Of a stretch of DNA of 64,000 bases, positions 23,557 to 36,114 are shown piece by piece. This DNA comes from Octopus sinensis. Taxonomy: Eukaryota. The notes beneath the pieces were generated by a model. The model did not search any database, had not been told where the DNA came from, and was given only the letters and a program-made list of their open reading frames with translations. Within the stretch, counting starts at the first letter, position 1. Each line of letters starts with the position of its first letter. The stretch spans positions 16,306,001 through 16,370,000 of the forward strand of contig NC_043001.1 of the NCBI RefSeq assembly GCF_006345805.1, in the 5' to 3' direction. A program made the position numbers and the translations under genes.

Positions 23557-26065
23557 GATATAATAATAATAATAAATGCCCTGATGCAGTACCAGGCAGT
23601 GATTCTCATGGCTTCTGATCTTAACTGATTGGAAGTGTTATCATGTACATTGTTGTGTCTTGGTATAAAAGATGGGCTACAGCAAATATTCTGCTCAATA
23701 CCACAGATTTGCTTGTCAGTTGTTTGACCGTAACCAATTGAGCATGTCCCTTAGTGGCTGACGATATGTGCATTTCTGATCATGAGCAGAAATTATATAT
23801 AGCCATGTGTTGAGAGGGATTCTTTGGGGTTTGAATAATTCAACTTTGGAAACATGGGTGGTTCGTTCAACATCCTTAAACAACCCTTATTCAGGGACCT
23901 TTTGAGTGGGATAGGTTACTCGACCAGAAGAAAATTCTAACTGGGCCCCACCTGCAAGGTCATGTGCTGTTTATCTTGATATGAGATCACCATGTCACGC
24001 ATATATGGTTGTGATGCATGTGCCTGGTGTACCCTTATCAGACGGGTAGTCATGATGGGCATACTGGGCTTCGTATATTTTACCCCAATGTCACTTTGAT
24101 GGCATGAACTGCTCTCTCACTCAATAATAATAGTAATAATAATAATAATAATAATAAATGCCAAAACGAATTTCTGTGTGTCAGTGTGTCACACTTCGAG
24201 GGGTCAAAGTGTAGTAACACACTTTGACTCTGTCTCTCACTATTCAATGGCACTTCTACTCTTCTTGCTGGGGTGAGAGTAATAGTAGGCATAGAGAGGG
24301 TAGTAGCAGATTGACAGTTGAGATGGGTTATGGTAATAGTATGAGATGTAGTTGTGATAGGGGCCCTGTGGCAAAAGTGCTGATGGTGGTTGTGGTGGCA
24401 GCTAAGGCAGTCAAGCATGACGGTGATAGTAAGGAATGTGAAAGACAGTGGTGATGGTGATGGTGATGGTTGAAATGAAGGCGGCGAGCTGGCAGAATCG
24501 TTAGCATGCAGGGCGAAATACTTAGCGGTATTTCGTCTGTCGTTACGTTCTGAGTTCGAATTCCGTTGAGGTCGACTTTGCCTTTCATCCTTTCGGGGAC
24601 GATAAATTAAGTACCAGTTACGCACTGGGGTCGCTGTAATCGACTTAATCCGTTTGTCTGTCCTTGTTTGTCCCCTCTATGTTTAGACCCTTGTGGGTAG
24701 TACCAAATAGGTATTTCGTCTGCCATTACGTTCTGAGTTCGAATTCCGCCGAGGTCGACTTTGCCTTTCATCCTTTCGGGGACGATAAATTAAGTACCAG
24801 TTACGCACTGGGGTCGATGTAATCAACTTAATACCTTTGTCTATCCTCGTTTGTCCCCTCTATGTTTTTAGCCCCTTGTGGGTAATAAAGAAATAGGTTG
24901 AAAATGATCAACAGAAAGAGAGAGAGACAGAGACAGAGAAAGAGGTCAGAGAGAAAGAAAAATTGTATTGACCCCTAAATAGGAAGACAAAAAAATGTTG
25001 TTTATCATGAAGTTTTGCAATAAGTTCCAAATTCTTCATTGCTTGAAAAATATTGGTCAATATTGGTGCAGGAGTGGCTGTGTGGTAAGTAGCTTGTCTA
25101 CCTACCACATGGTTCCGGGTTCAGTCCCACTGCGTGGCACCTTGGGCAAGTGTCTTCTACTATACCCTCGGGCTGACCAAAGTCTTGTGAGTGGATTTGG
25201 GAGACGGAAACTGAAAGAAGCCCATCATATATATGTATATGTATATATATGTGTGTGTGTGTATATGTTTGTGTGTCTGTGTTTGTCCCCCACAACATCG
25301 CTTGACAACCGATGGGGGTATGTTTACGTCTCCGTAAGTCAGCGGTTCGGCAAAAGAGGCCGATAGAATAAGTACTAGGCTTCCAAAGAATAAGTTCTGG
25401 GGTCGATCTGCTCGACCAAAGGCGGTGCTCCAGCATGGCCGCAGTCAAATGACTGAAACAAGTAAAAGAGTAAAGGAGTAAGTTTAATAAAATTTAATAT
25501 GTACTCAATGCATGAGGTGTCATTATTGGGCTCAAGGCCCAATGAAGAGCCCTACACAGGAGCTAGCTTAAAAATCACCTTATCAGGTGTCTTCTACTAA
25601 AGCCTCGGGCCGACCAAAGCCTTGTGAGTGGATTTGGTAGATAGAAACTGAAAGCAGCCTGTCGTATATGTGTGTGTGTGTGTGTGTTTGTGTGTCTGTA
25701 TTTGCCCCCTCCCCCATCATTACCTGACAACCGATCCTGGTGTGCTTACATCCCTGTAACTTAGCAGTTCAGCAAAAGGAACCAATAGAACAAGTACTAG
25801 GCTTACGTAGACTAAGTCCTGGGATCAATTTGTGCGACTAAAGGCGGTGCTCCAGCATGGCTGCAGCCAAATGACAGAAACAAATAAAAGAGTAAAGAGT
25901 ATATATGCGATGGGCTTCTTTCAGTTTCCACCAACCAAATCCACTCACAAGGCTTTGGTTGGCCCAAAGCCAAAATAAAAGACACTTGAACAAGATACCA
26001 TGCAGTGAGACTGAACCCAGAAGCATGTGGTTGGAAGGAAGCTTCTTACCACACAGCCACACATG

Positions 26066-26126
<61 letters not shown>

Positions 26127-29100
26127 GTGTGGTGTATGTATATTCTTTCATTTGTTTCAGTTATTTGACTGTGGCCATACTGGAGCACTGTCTTTTAGTT
26201 GAAGAATTCGGCCCCTGGACTTATTTTTTGTAAGCTTGCTACTTATATTATCAGTCTCTTTTGTCAAACTGCTAAGATACAGGGGACATAAACTCATCAA
26301 CATCGGTTGTCAAGCGACGTGGGGGGGGGACAAACACAGACACAAACATACGTATATATATATTATATATATATATATATATATACGACAGGCTTCTTTC
26401 AGTTTCCATCTACCAAATCCACTCACAAGACTTTGGTCGGCCCAAGACTATAGTAGAAGACACTTGCCCAAGGTGCCACGCACGCAGTGGGACTGAACCC
26501 AGAACCATGTGGTTGGGAAGCAATTTTCCATGCTTCTTACCACACAGCTGTTTTCCATGCTGGCATGGGTTGGACAGCTTGACAGGAACTGGTAAAGCCA
26601 GGGATCACACCACACTCTATAGCCTGTTTTGGCTCAGTTTCTACAATCAGATGCCCTTCCAAACATCAACCACTCCACAGAGTGTACTGGTACTTTTTAT
26701 GCAACACCCACACCCACACTGCTGCTTTTTTACGTGGTACTTTGATTTTCGGATCTCAGTTCTCTTGTGGTGGGCAGGTTTTCCTGAGTACAGCAAGGCA
26801 CCACATATCTCAGTCCCCTGTGATCTCCTTCATAAGGTCCAGTATTTTGAGATTGGCCTTCAGCACTTGGTCCCAGGTCCCTCTCTTCCACAACTTCCAT
26901 CCACTTTAAGTAATCGGCACTTCTTTATGCAACCATCCTAAACCATCTACATCACATGACCAAACCAGTACTGTCTCTTCTCTTACGCACTGCATATAAT
27001 TCTTCTTATGTCCGACTTCTCTCTCAATACACCAATACTGTCGCACATACATACATGCACACTGCAGTATATGAGGGTTGGAAAGAATGGATGTAACCAC
27101 AATATTCTGTTGATCTGATGAGCTAGGCTTCTATCCTGGCTTTAGTTTTTATAACATACAATAGTACAATGCAATTTATATATGTTTCTTTACTACCCAC
27201 AAGGGGCTAAACACAGAGGGGACAAACAAGGACAAACAGATTAAGTTGATTACATCGACCCCAGTGCGTAACTGGTACTTAATTTAATCGACTCCGAAAG
27301 GATGAAAGGTAAAGTCGACCTTGGCGGAATTTGAACTCAGAACGTAGCGGTGAACGAAATACGGCTACGCATTTCGCCCGGCGTGCTAACGTCTCTGCCA
27401 GCTCGCTGCCTTCTTTATCTAACACGCACACTAGTGCCGACATCATCATCCTTTAAAGTCCGTTTTCCATTCTGGTATGGGTTGGATGGTTTGACTGGGG
27501 ACAAGGCGGCAAGCTGGCAGAAACGTTAGCACGCCGGGCGAAATGCGTAGCCGTATTTCGTCTGCCGTTACGTTCTGAGTTCAAATTCCGCCGAGGTTGA
27601 CTTTGCCTTTCATCCTTTCGGGGTCGATTAAATAAGTACCAGTTATGCGCTGGGGTCGATATAATCGACTTAATCCGTTTGTCCTTGTTTGTCCTCTCTG
27701 TGTTTAGCCCCTTGCGGGTAGTAAAGAAATAGGTTTGACTGGGGACTGGCAAACCAGGAGGCTTACTTACTTGTACTCGTGATGGCGTTCACCCAGTGTG
27801 GGTTGAGCCAGATTCTTCTCCGGTCCTAACGGTATCAAGAACCATGGTGGCCTCCGCTCGACGGTCCCGTGCGAGGTCACTGGAGATAGCAAGCCATTCG
27901 TGGTTCCATCTACGCAGACCGACCACCTGCGGCCCTGATAGTTCGGAGAGGTCCTCCTTTATGAACCAGGAGGCTGCACCAGGCTCCAATCCGATCTGGC
28001 AATGTTTCTACAGCTGGATGCCCTTCCTAATGCCAGGGAGCCAGTCAGGTGGCACTGGCATCGGCCACGTTCAGATGGTGCTTCTTACGTGTCACCGTAA
28101 AATAATTTTTATACATTAAAATAAAATTGTTGTTCTTTCTTGTTCTTTTCTTGTCTTGAATGTTGCTTGGTGACCTCACTGGTGCCGATAGCCCCCAAAA
28201 CAGCACCTAGCATGCACTGTGAAGTGGTTGGCATTAAGAAGGGCATCCAGCTGCAGAAACCATGCCGAAGCTCAATAATACAACCATGTGGCTTGCTCGA
28301 TCCTGTGAAACCATCCGGTCCATGCCAACATGGAAAGCCAAAGGTAAACGATGGTGATGGTGACGATGATGAGGGGGAGGGGGAGGGGGAAGAGGAGGGG
28401 GTAGGGAAGAGGAGAGGAGGAGGAGGAAGAGGAGGAGATGAGGAAGAAGAAGAAGAAGGGGAGGAAGAGAGGAAGAAGAAGAGGAGTGTGCTTTTTACAA
28501 AGGCGGCAAGCTGGCAGAAACGTTAGCACACCGGGTGAAATGCCTAGCGGTATTTCATCTGCCATTACATTCTGAGTTCAATTTCCACCGAGGTTGACTT
28601 TGCCTTTCATCCTTTCGGGGTCGATAAATAAAGTACCAGTTATGCACTGGGGTCGATGTAATCGACTTAATCCCTTTGTCTGTCCCCTCTATGATTAGCC
28701 CCTTGTGGGCAATAAAGAAATAAGAAACGTTAGCAAGCCAGGTGAAATGCTTAGCGGTATTTCGTCTGTCTTTACGTTCTGAGTTCAAATTCCGCCTAGG
28801 TCGACTTTGCCTTTCATATTTTCGGGGTTGATAAATTAAGTACCAGTTGTGTACTGGGGTCAATCAAATCGACTCCCCCCCCCACTAGCTAGCGCTTTAT
28901 ATGTGAAACTGATACAGGTGCTTTTTACATGGCACCAGTATGAGAGCTTTCTATGCAGCCCCAAATGGGTATTTTTCGATGTGGTACTGGCACAGGTGCG
29001 TCTTACGTGGCACCAACAAGTGTGCTTTTAACATGGCACCAGCACAGGTGTTTTTATATGACACTAGCACCCACAAGCCCACAGGACAAGGGCTTTTTGG

Positions 29101-32100
29101 CTGACACAGAGACATGCCTATATGTATGGATGGCCATGATTTTACTTAGCTTGATGTATCTTCTCAAGCACAGCAAATCACCAGAAGTCTCAGTCTCATG
29201 TGCTCTCCTCAATGAGGCCCAGCATCTGAAGATCCTTTCTCACCACTTTGTTCCACATCTTCTTGGGTCTACTTCTTTCATATGTTACCCACACAATTAA
29301 AGATCAGGTCATCTTCATGCAGTTGTCCTCATCCAACCAAAGTACAAATATATGGGAAACTACCACCTGTATCATCTCTTGTGGAAGGTAGGAGAGTCCA
29401 GTTTGCTGGACATTGTTGTAGAGCTGAAAACGAGGTAATTTCTGCTCTTCTCCTCTGGAAGCCATCTGCTCACGATACCAGAGGGCGCACACTCTCCTAC
29501 CCTGATGTAATCTCCAGGGATACAGGCATCCAGCAACGGGACCTCCGTAAGGCTATGAAGTCTGGCGTAGCATAGTAAATTCCATTGTCTCGACCATGGT
29601 CGAACAATGATGATGATAATGTCCTCATCCAGTAAGAAAATAATTCTTCAGAGACACTGGATTATGCTAAATGGAAACAGAGGTAATGAAACATTACTGG
29701 TAGGGCTGTAGCAGCAATTGTATAACAAAATCAACAATAAATGGTCAGTAATGTAATAAATTTCAATGGAAAATAAAAGTGCCATTTTAAAATTATGTTT
29801 TACTAGCAGCATCGCCCGGCGTTGCTCGGGTTTGTAAGGGAAATAACTATATAAGCATTTTTAGAGAGTTATAGCCAAAAAAATAGCAAAAAAATGTATT
29901 AAAAATGGAAAAAAAATGATGGTAAATTTTTTTTTTAAATCGTTGACTCATCGTAGACATTTTTAGAGAGTTACTTCCCTTATATAATAGCGAAAAAATG
30001 CATTAAAATGGAAAAAATATGATGGTAAATTTTTTTTTAAATCGTTGACTCATCGTAGACATTTTTAGAGAGTTACTTCTCTTATATAATAGCGAAAAAA
30101 ATGCATTAAAATGGAAAAAAAATGATGGTAAATTTTTTTTTAAATCGTAGACTCATCGTAGACGCGCGCTAATACCCAGAAGGGCTCGATATGAATCACG
30201 ACTATAAGATACCCGGTTTTGGTTAAACTGCACCGCAAAATGTGGGAATAGTTAGGAATCTAAATCGTAGGAGACAGACACACAACTTCACTTTTATATA
30301 TAAAGATTTTCATAAACTGCAGTAATAAAAACTTTATCACATCATTTGATTTTAGAGTAATTATAATTCTTCCATGATTTATTTCAGCAATATTGTGTTC
30401 ATAATACAACATAATTCAAAGTATTTAGGAATAAAGATCTCAAATGTTTCACAGTCCTTTTAAAATTTTTGAGCCCCCTTTTCATTTATCAGACCCTGGT
30501 AGATTAAAAAAAGTCATTAAATTTAAGTCACTCTGAATTTATTGAGGCTCTTTTAAGTTTTGGTGCCACTTCAAACTGTTTGAGGTCCCTTGATTTATCC
30601 CTTTTGTTACTGTATTTATTTTGAAATGCTCTGTGTTTCTTTCAATTACTTTAAATATGACAAAGAATTTAGTAAAATAACTTAGTTATCATTCAGCTAG
30701 TGTCAGGAACATAAATTGTGACTAAGGTTTGGTGGAAGATTTTAATTCAGAACTTATGAAAACAAGACATTGGCAAACTTCTTCTTTTCTGCTACATCTT
30801 TGGCTATGTATACCTGCCGCCCAGCCTCCCTTTTGGCTACCTGGTACAGTTCCCTGCTACCCCCATCCCTCCAGGCTTTCCAGGCCCATCTCTTTGCACT
30901 AATGGCTTTGTCTACTGCACTATTCCACCACCATGTAACTCTAGGTCTGGAAGGGACTTTGCACCATCCACAGACTCGGTCTGTGGCACTCAGCAAGCTG
31001 TCCTGTAGGAATTCCCAGCTACCTTCTATGTCCGACGTCTGAAGCTCCTCCTCCCACTCATCAAATTTCTTGATGAGGATGTTCCTAAATCTCTGACCAT
31101 GTGAAGGGTTCTTTAGCTTCCAAATCCTTCTTTTCTGGATTGGTTTGTTTCTTGGAGTCCTTCTGGCCTCAAGCTTAAAGTTACTGATGATTAGTCTATG
31201 CTGAGGGATACATTCTTCACCCGGGAGGCTCTTTGTATTCAAGAGCGACCCTGCATCCTGCTGTCTGGTGAGGATGAAGTCTATTTGGCTAGCGGAGTCT
31301 CCTGACTGATAGGTTATAAGGTGGCAGTCAGGCTTCTTGAAGTTAGTGTTGCAGATTAAAAGGTTACATGCATCACAGAATTCCAGTAGTCTAGTTCCCT
31401 CATCATTTCTGGTACCAATACCATGGCCACCGTGTACCCCAGTGAAGATACCCCGATTCCCGCCCAACATGCCCATTAAAGTTTCCACCCACAAAGATGA
31501 GGTCCTTGCAACTAGTCTTTGAAGTAGCCTGTAGAAGGGTATCATAAAAGTGGTCCTTCTGATCATTTGGTAGTCCCGCTTGTGGGGCATAGGCGGAGAT
31601 AATCATAGCTGTGCCACTCTGTAGGACCAACCTGAGCTTAAGCACTCTATCGCAAACCCTGACAACCACTATGACCTTATATTTCATGTTGCAACTTGTG
31701 TGATACAGTCTTTGATATTTTGGCTGTGGCTGCTAAATTTGCTTATTAGTTTTTAAATGCACTGTGATATGATTGACTGTAGATATCTAAACAGTTGAAA
31801 ATTACATATGCAAACTCACAGCCCCCCCCCCCCGAAACTTATTGCTCCCAAGGCCTCACTAGGTCTAAATCTGGCCCTGCAGTAACATCAACAAATGTAT
31901 TTTCTCAACCAATTCAAACCAGTAAGAGTGTAGCATATTATGTATATGTGTATAGTATATATAATCTGTGGAGGCACATGGCCTAGTGGTTAGAGCACCG
32001 GACTCGTGGTTGAGGGATCGCGGGTTCGAATCTCAGACCGGGCGATGCGTGTGTTTATGAGCGAAACACTTAAGCTCCATGCAGCTCCAGCAGAAGGTAA

Positions 32101-34869
32101 TGGCGAACTTCTGCTGACATTTTCACCACAACTTTCTCATACTCTTTCCTCCTGCATCTTGCAGCTCACCTGCAACAGACCAGCGTCCCATCCAAGTGGA
32201 GAACCTATACGCTAAGGAAACCAGGAAACCGGCCCTTATGAGCCAGGCGTGGCTCAAGAAGGAACAAACAACAAAATATATAATCTGCATGTCAGGTTAT
32301 GAGGGAGGAAGGTTATCAGGGAAAAGAGTTTTTGTGTGTGGAAGCTGTACAGGTACAATTAACACTAAAAATGTAGAGAAAACAGATTTCATCAAATGCC
32401 AGGTGGGGAAACTAGATGTAGTTGATAGCTTCTGTTATCTAGGTGACCAGATCAGTAGCAAGGGTGGATGCTCTGAGAGCATAGCTGCAAGAATACAAAT
32501 AGGCTGGGCAAAGTTCAGAGAGCTCCTACCTCTGCTGGTAAGAAAGGGCCTCTTGCTCAGATTGAAAAGCAGACTGTATGATGCCGGTGTGCAAACAGCC
32601 ATGCTACACAGCAGTGAAACATGGGCTGTGACTGCTGAGGACATGCATAGACGTGTAAGAAATGAAGCTAGTATGCTTCGCTTGATGTGAAATATCAGTG
32701 TGCATGCACGACCGAGTGTAAGCATCTTGAGAGAAAAGTTGGGCATAAGAGGCATCAGATGTGGTGTACAAGAGAGATGACTGAGCTGGTATGGCCATGT
32801 GATGCATATCGCTGAGGACAGCTGTGCGAAGAAGTGTCACACTCTAATGGTAGCGGGAACCTGTAGAGGACATGGGACGATGTGGTGAAGCACAATCTCC
32901 AAATGTTAGGCCTCACAGAGGCAATGACAAGTGATCAATACCCTTGGTGGTATGCCATGCTTCAGAAGACCCATCAAGCCAAGTGAGAGTGTAGTCGTGG
33001 CCAATGCCAGAGTCGCGTAACTGGCCTGTTAAAAGAACCGGTCGAGCTGAGTGAAACTATGGCTGTGGCTGATGCCAGTGCTGTCTGACTGGCACCTGCA
33101 CATGTAAAAAGCACAGTTTGAGTGTCAGACCTCATGGAAGCAGTGACAAGTGACGAAGACCTTCGGCAATATACCATGCTGTGTAGACCGGTCAAGCTAA
33201 GTGAGACTGTGGTCATGGATGGTGTCGGCGTCAGGTCAATGGCACCCATGCTGGTGGCACGTAAAAAAAAAACACCCACTACATACTTGGAGTGGTTGGC
33301 GTTAGGAAGGGCATCCAGCTGTAGAAACCTTGCAAAATCAGATCAGAACCTAGTGAAGCTCCCTGGCTTGCCAGTTTTCAGTCAAACCGTCCAACGCATG
33401 CCAGCATGGAAAACGGAAGTTAAATGATGATGATGATGTCTAAAATATAATATCTAAAATATATATTCGTGCAAGTTACAGGGTGGCCTCACTATTGCTG
33501 ATGCCATAAAAATGCACCCAGTACTTTCTGTAAAGTGGTTGGCATTAAGAAGGATATCCACAGCTTTAGAAACCATGTCAAGGTAAACACTGAAGCATGA
33601 CACATTCCTCCGATCCATAGGATCCTGCCAAAACAACCACCCTATACTAACAAAGAAGAAGAAGAAGCTGATGATGACGATGATGATGATGTATATAAAA
33701 TGTTCTGATTAAACATTCATTAAAATAAGGTACCAAGGAAAATACCACAGTTTTTGTTGCTGCATTTTGATTTTATTTTTCCACCCCCAGTAGGGATTTA
33801 CCCTGGTGCAAAAGAAGCTAATCAAGGGCTTTGCAAAATGTGTACAAAATAATTTTAAAATTTGACCTGGTTACAAGCAAATAATTTGTATACACAGCTT
33901 ATAGTTAAACTGATAAGAGTAGATATTAGAACTAGTTCTAAATAAATACAATTTTAAAAATAAACGACATATAATCAAATATGGTTGTACGGCCTGAAAC
34001 AAAATTGAATTTTAATTCACTATTTTATATTCAGCACATTTTGTCTTAATTCGTAGCTAGTTTGCTATACAGTGATACAGTAGAGAGGGTCACCATTGTT
34101 GGACTGCTCTTGACGCTAGCAGTTGGCCTTAATTCGATTATTAACCCTAGATGGAATCATAGGGTGGAGCCTATCCTTCTCCAAAATTAACCCTAACAGA
34201 TTATCTTCCAGAAGAGAGAATGACAAACTGACAGAAAAAAAAAAAAAGAAGTGGAGAAAGAGAAGAATCGACCCCTGTATTTATTGACCCCCCCAAAAGG
34301 ATGAAAGGCTAAGCTGATTTTAGCGTGATTTGAACTCGGAGCGCGAGAGGAACGACTACTGCAAAGAAATCCATCCGACGCTATTAGTTACCTTAAATAT
34401 ATCATATCACGTACATACCCCTACCTTACCGTGCATATATCTCGCATACACGCAGGTATGCATAAATACATGCATGTACGCATTACAGATAAATTCCTCT
34501 ATTTACATAATATCGAGGTCTCTTTCATTCTTTTGTAGTCTTACCATTATTATTAATATATATATATATATTCCTTTCGGGGTCGATAAATTAAGTACAA
34601 GTTACGGACTGGGGTTGATGTAATCGACTTAATACCTATGTCTGTCCTTGTTTGTCCCCTCTGTGTTTAGCCCCTTGTGGGTAGTAAAGAAATATGTATG
34701 TATGTATATTCATGTGCTTGTGGAAAAAGATCGGTAACTGCTGTAAACCCGTATCCGTAGGAAACATAAACAGTATCAACAGCAAAAATCAGAAGCAATG
34801 GATCCATTGAGTTATATGTAAATATGCCGAAATAATAATAATTATCAATATATTTGGTATGGACAATGT

Positions 34870-34900
<31 letters not shown>

Positions 34901-35068
34901 TAGAGAGTGATTCACTTACCTGTTATCAAGTGACTTGAACTTAGAGGCCCAGTACAGGTACAACAAAAATGCAAATCCAAAAATTACAAGACATTGGCCG
35001 ACACGCGACTGAAGTAAAAAAGACTTCAACATTCTCAATGAACGAAATCTCCGCAATTGTACTAACAT
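7619..35068 (-). CDS. GLB1L2: GH35 beta-galactosidase, GLB1L2/GLB1L3-like; first two coding exons, 3' part outside window
   Basis: Exon 35068-34920 (phase 2) splices in frame to exon 7807-7619 across a 27,112-bp intron. Exon 2 carries the GH35 N-terminal signature. The symbol is a best-family call; orthology is untested. Confidence 0.88.
11607..12068 (+). mobile_element. Non-coding Penelope-like/retrozyme-like insertion with perfect 89-bp inverted repeat
   Basis: 11607-11695 is the exact reverse complement of 11980-12068; the right arm overlaps the hammerhead. Confidence 0.65.
11927..12025 (+). ncRNA. Type I hammerhead ribozyme motif (family HH-A)
   Basis: Helix I TTCCTT-GT-CTTTC / GAAAG-TA-AAGGAA; CTGATGA at 11940-11946; helix II GAAGAC-G-GCATA / TATGC-A-GTCTTC; GAAA at 12001-12004; helix III ACA/TGT; GUU triplet with predicted cut after 12012. 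Confidence 0.85.
12527..12562 (-). ncRNA. Degenerate minimal hammerhead (family HH-B)
   Basis: CTGT|CTGAGGA|A|GAGC-GTAG-GCTC|GAAA|CA|TT|AAAG. Helix III palindrome changed from ACGT to ACAT, and one helix I mismatch. Confidence 0.6.
12940..12975 (+). ncRNA. Minimal hammerhead (family HH-B)
   Basis: CTTT|CTGTAGA|A|GAGC-ATAG-GCTC|GAAA|CG|TA|AAAG. 4-bp helices I and II, palindromic ACGT helix III, GUA triplet; A6 is replaced by U. Confidence 0.7.
13808..15200 (+). mobile_element. Decayed mariner element with nested insertions
   Basis: TIR-like TATTGGGTCATTCCATAAAT, then MEVTKEHIRHILLYEF...LDQIVTGEEK...CWDMKG with stops and frameshifts; interrupted at 13975-14370 and 14577-14768. Confidence 0.8.
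13975..14370 (+). mobile_element. Helentron/DINE-1-like non-autonomous element
   Basis: Starts ACTAGCAG..CCCGGCGTTGCTCGGG (5' hairpin) and ends CTTTATATATATAG; same 5' end as 29799. Confidence 0.65.
15470..18535 (+). mobile_element. Gypsy LTR-retrotransposon pol remnant (RT, RNase H, integrase) with nested insertions
   Basis: Fragments KENAI..FK.K.AVPF, FSKLDLSD.YLQI, APAIFQ.IMDAML, IPYLDDILI, SDASEYGIG, NYSQIE.EAL, H.GQPGISRMKSLMR.YWP.MD.D and YGIPDNIVSDNG; many stops; no LTR recognised. Confidence 0.9.
17444..17585. mobile_element. Tc1/mariner-type MITE inside Gypsy RNase H
   Basis: TIRs AAGGTTGTCCCAAAAGTTCGT and ACGAACTTTTGGGACAACCT with TA flanks. Confidence 0.8.
18772..20750. repeat. 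~2-kb compound purine tract (GAA/GGA/GAGTA/GAAAA)
   Basis: Nearly pure A/G on the plus strand, with internal 21-bp periodic blocks (for example 20150-20400). Confidence 0.97.
20905..21275. repeat. Degenerate (GAT/GAC/AAT)n trinucleotide tract
   Basis: Seen directly in the sequence. Confidence 0.95.
21489..22035 (+). mobile_element. ~545-bp non-coding element embedded in (AAT)n
   Basis: Runs AAATGCCCTGATGCAGTACC...CTCACTC with (AAT)n on both sides. Second full copy at 23574-24122, partial copy at 56930-57095. Confidence 0.75.
22495..22745. repeat. Foldback: ~105-bp perfect inverted arms with ~40-bp AT loop
   Basis: GCAAGGAAAAATTGT...TTGATAAAATAT is mirrored by ATATTTTATCAA...ACAATTTTTCCTTGC. 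Confidence 0.9.
29282..29600 (+). mobile_element. LINE (RTE-like) 3' fragment
   Basis: VQIYGKLPPVSSLVEGRRVQFAGHCCR..LLLWKPS..RGR.LSYPDVISRDTG resembles the C-terminus of RTE ORF2; followed by (GAT)n. Confidence 0.65.
29799..30306 (+). mobile_element. Helentron/DINE-1-like element with internal ~87-bp tandem repeat
   Basis: TT|ACTAGCAGCATCGCCCGGCGTTGCTCGGG...TTTTATATATAAAGAT|TT; internal repeats at about 29880-30150. Confidence 0.65.
30774..31690 (-). mobile_element. RTE LINE apurinic-type endonuclease fragment
   Basis: IISAYAPQAG, GGNFNGHVG, LLICNTNFKK, SQIDFIL and PQHRLII motifs; one frameshift. Confidence 0.9.
32290..32960 (+). mobile_element. RTE LINE 3' fragment
   Basis: VVDSFCYLGDQI..GGCSESIAARI.IGWAKFRELLPLL..RLYDA.V.TAMLHSSETW. 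A related 3' end lies on the minus strand at 26750-27070. Confidence 0.85.
34920..35068 (-). CDS. GLB1L2: GH35 beta-galactosidase exon 1 (signal-anchor)
   Basis: MLVQLRRFRSLRMLKSFLLQSRVGQCLVIFGFAFLLYLYWASKFKSLDN plus AG|GTAAGT donor. In-frame TAA upstream; phase matches exon 2; CpG-retaining upstream region. Confidence 0.8.
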
Positions 35069-36114
35069 TCTAGACTGATCACCTTATATACGATCTTTAA
35101 ATCTTTTTTATGTAACTTCTTTGTGTAAAATATGAATAGTGGGAGCTGTTTTGTGTATTTCGAGACCGATGGGAGGTTTAGTTTACTAACAATCTCTTTT
35201 CTTTTCATTCACATTTTCTTTGTATTAGTCGAGATTTTCGTCCTTGGCTGTTTTATGTCGAGTTCGGGTTTGTTATTTTTGTTATTTCATGCGGTAATTT
35301 CTCCGAGTTAATGTACATGCCGGTCCGGAGTGTCACGGTTATTAATTACATACAGGAAACAGAAAGGAGAGAAATGAATAGACATATAAACAATAGGAGA
35401 CGGAGACGTCGATGGACACAAGAAGGTGAGAAAGTGGGAAAGAGCGAGAGAGATTAGGAGTAAGAAAGAAATAATGAGAGAGACAAGGAGAAAGAGAGAT
35501 AAATATAGGAACTGAAGGATGAGCTACAAAGATAGATATTACAAAAATGACAGTATAGGCCTTGAAAGAGTCAAAGGGATCGTTCTACCTGCTAGAAATA
35601 GCAGTTAAATATCTCTTAAACCATACCCTAACGTGTTGGGAAATCAAAGAGCAACGGACACATGAGATGATGTCCCTAAAAAGACGGGATGGCCATGGTT
35701 TGAATGTCGTTGATTATATATCTGCTCGACCAAGGTCGATTTGAGTTAATAATAATGAAGATGACGAGGGCTGAAGCAAATACAACACGGAGCACAAGGC
35801 TTCAGGTCAACGACATACTCCACGCTTGGATTCATTCACGGCGCATGCTTTTACATATAACAAAAATAGGGCACACCCTCATTCAAAAGAGACAAAACGA
35901 AACAAATCCTGGTAGACCGACGGACTAGTAGGTTATTTGTACCAGGATGTATTGCAATGACAATTTCTGTAGCTATCTCTTTGTTTCTTTTTAACACAGT
36001 GGGAGGAAGAGAGGATAAGGACGAGTAGATTCCTCAACCAAAAGTGTTAGAAAGCAGCAGAAAAAGATACCATTCTCTTCCTGCATGACGGCACCATTTC
36101 GTTTCGTTTTATTT

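Noticed and set aside
27115-27140. CTGATGA followed by a GCTAGG/CCTGGC hairpin
   Set aside because: No GAAA and no helix I or III follows; at best a truncated relic.
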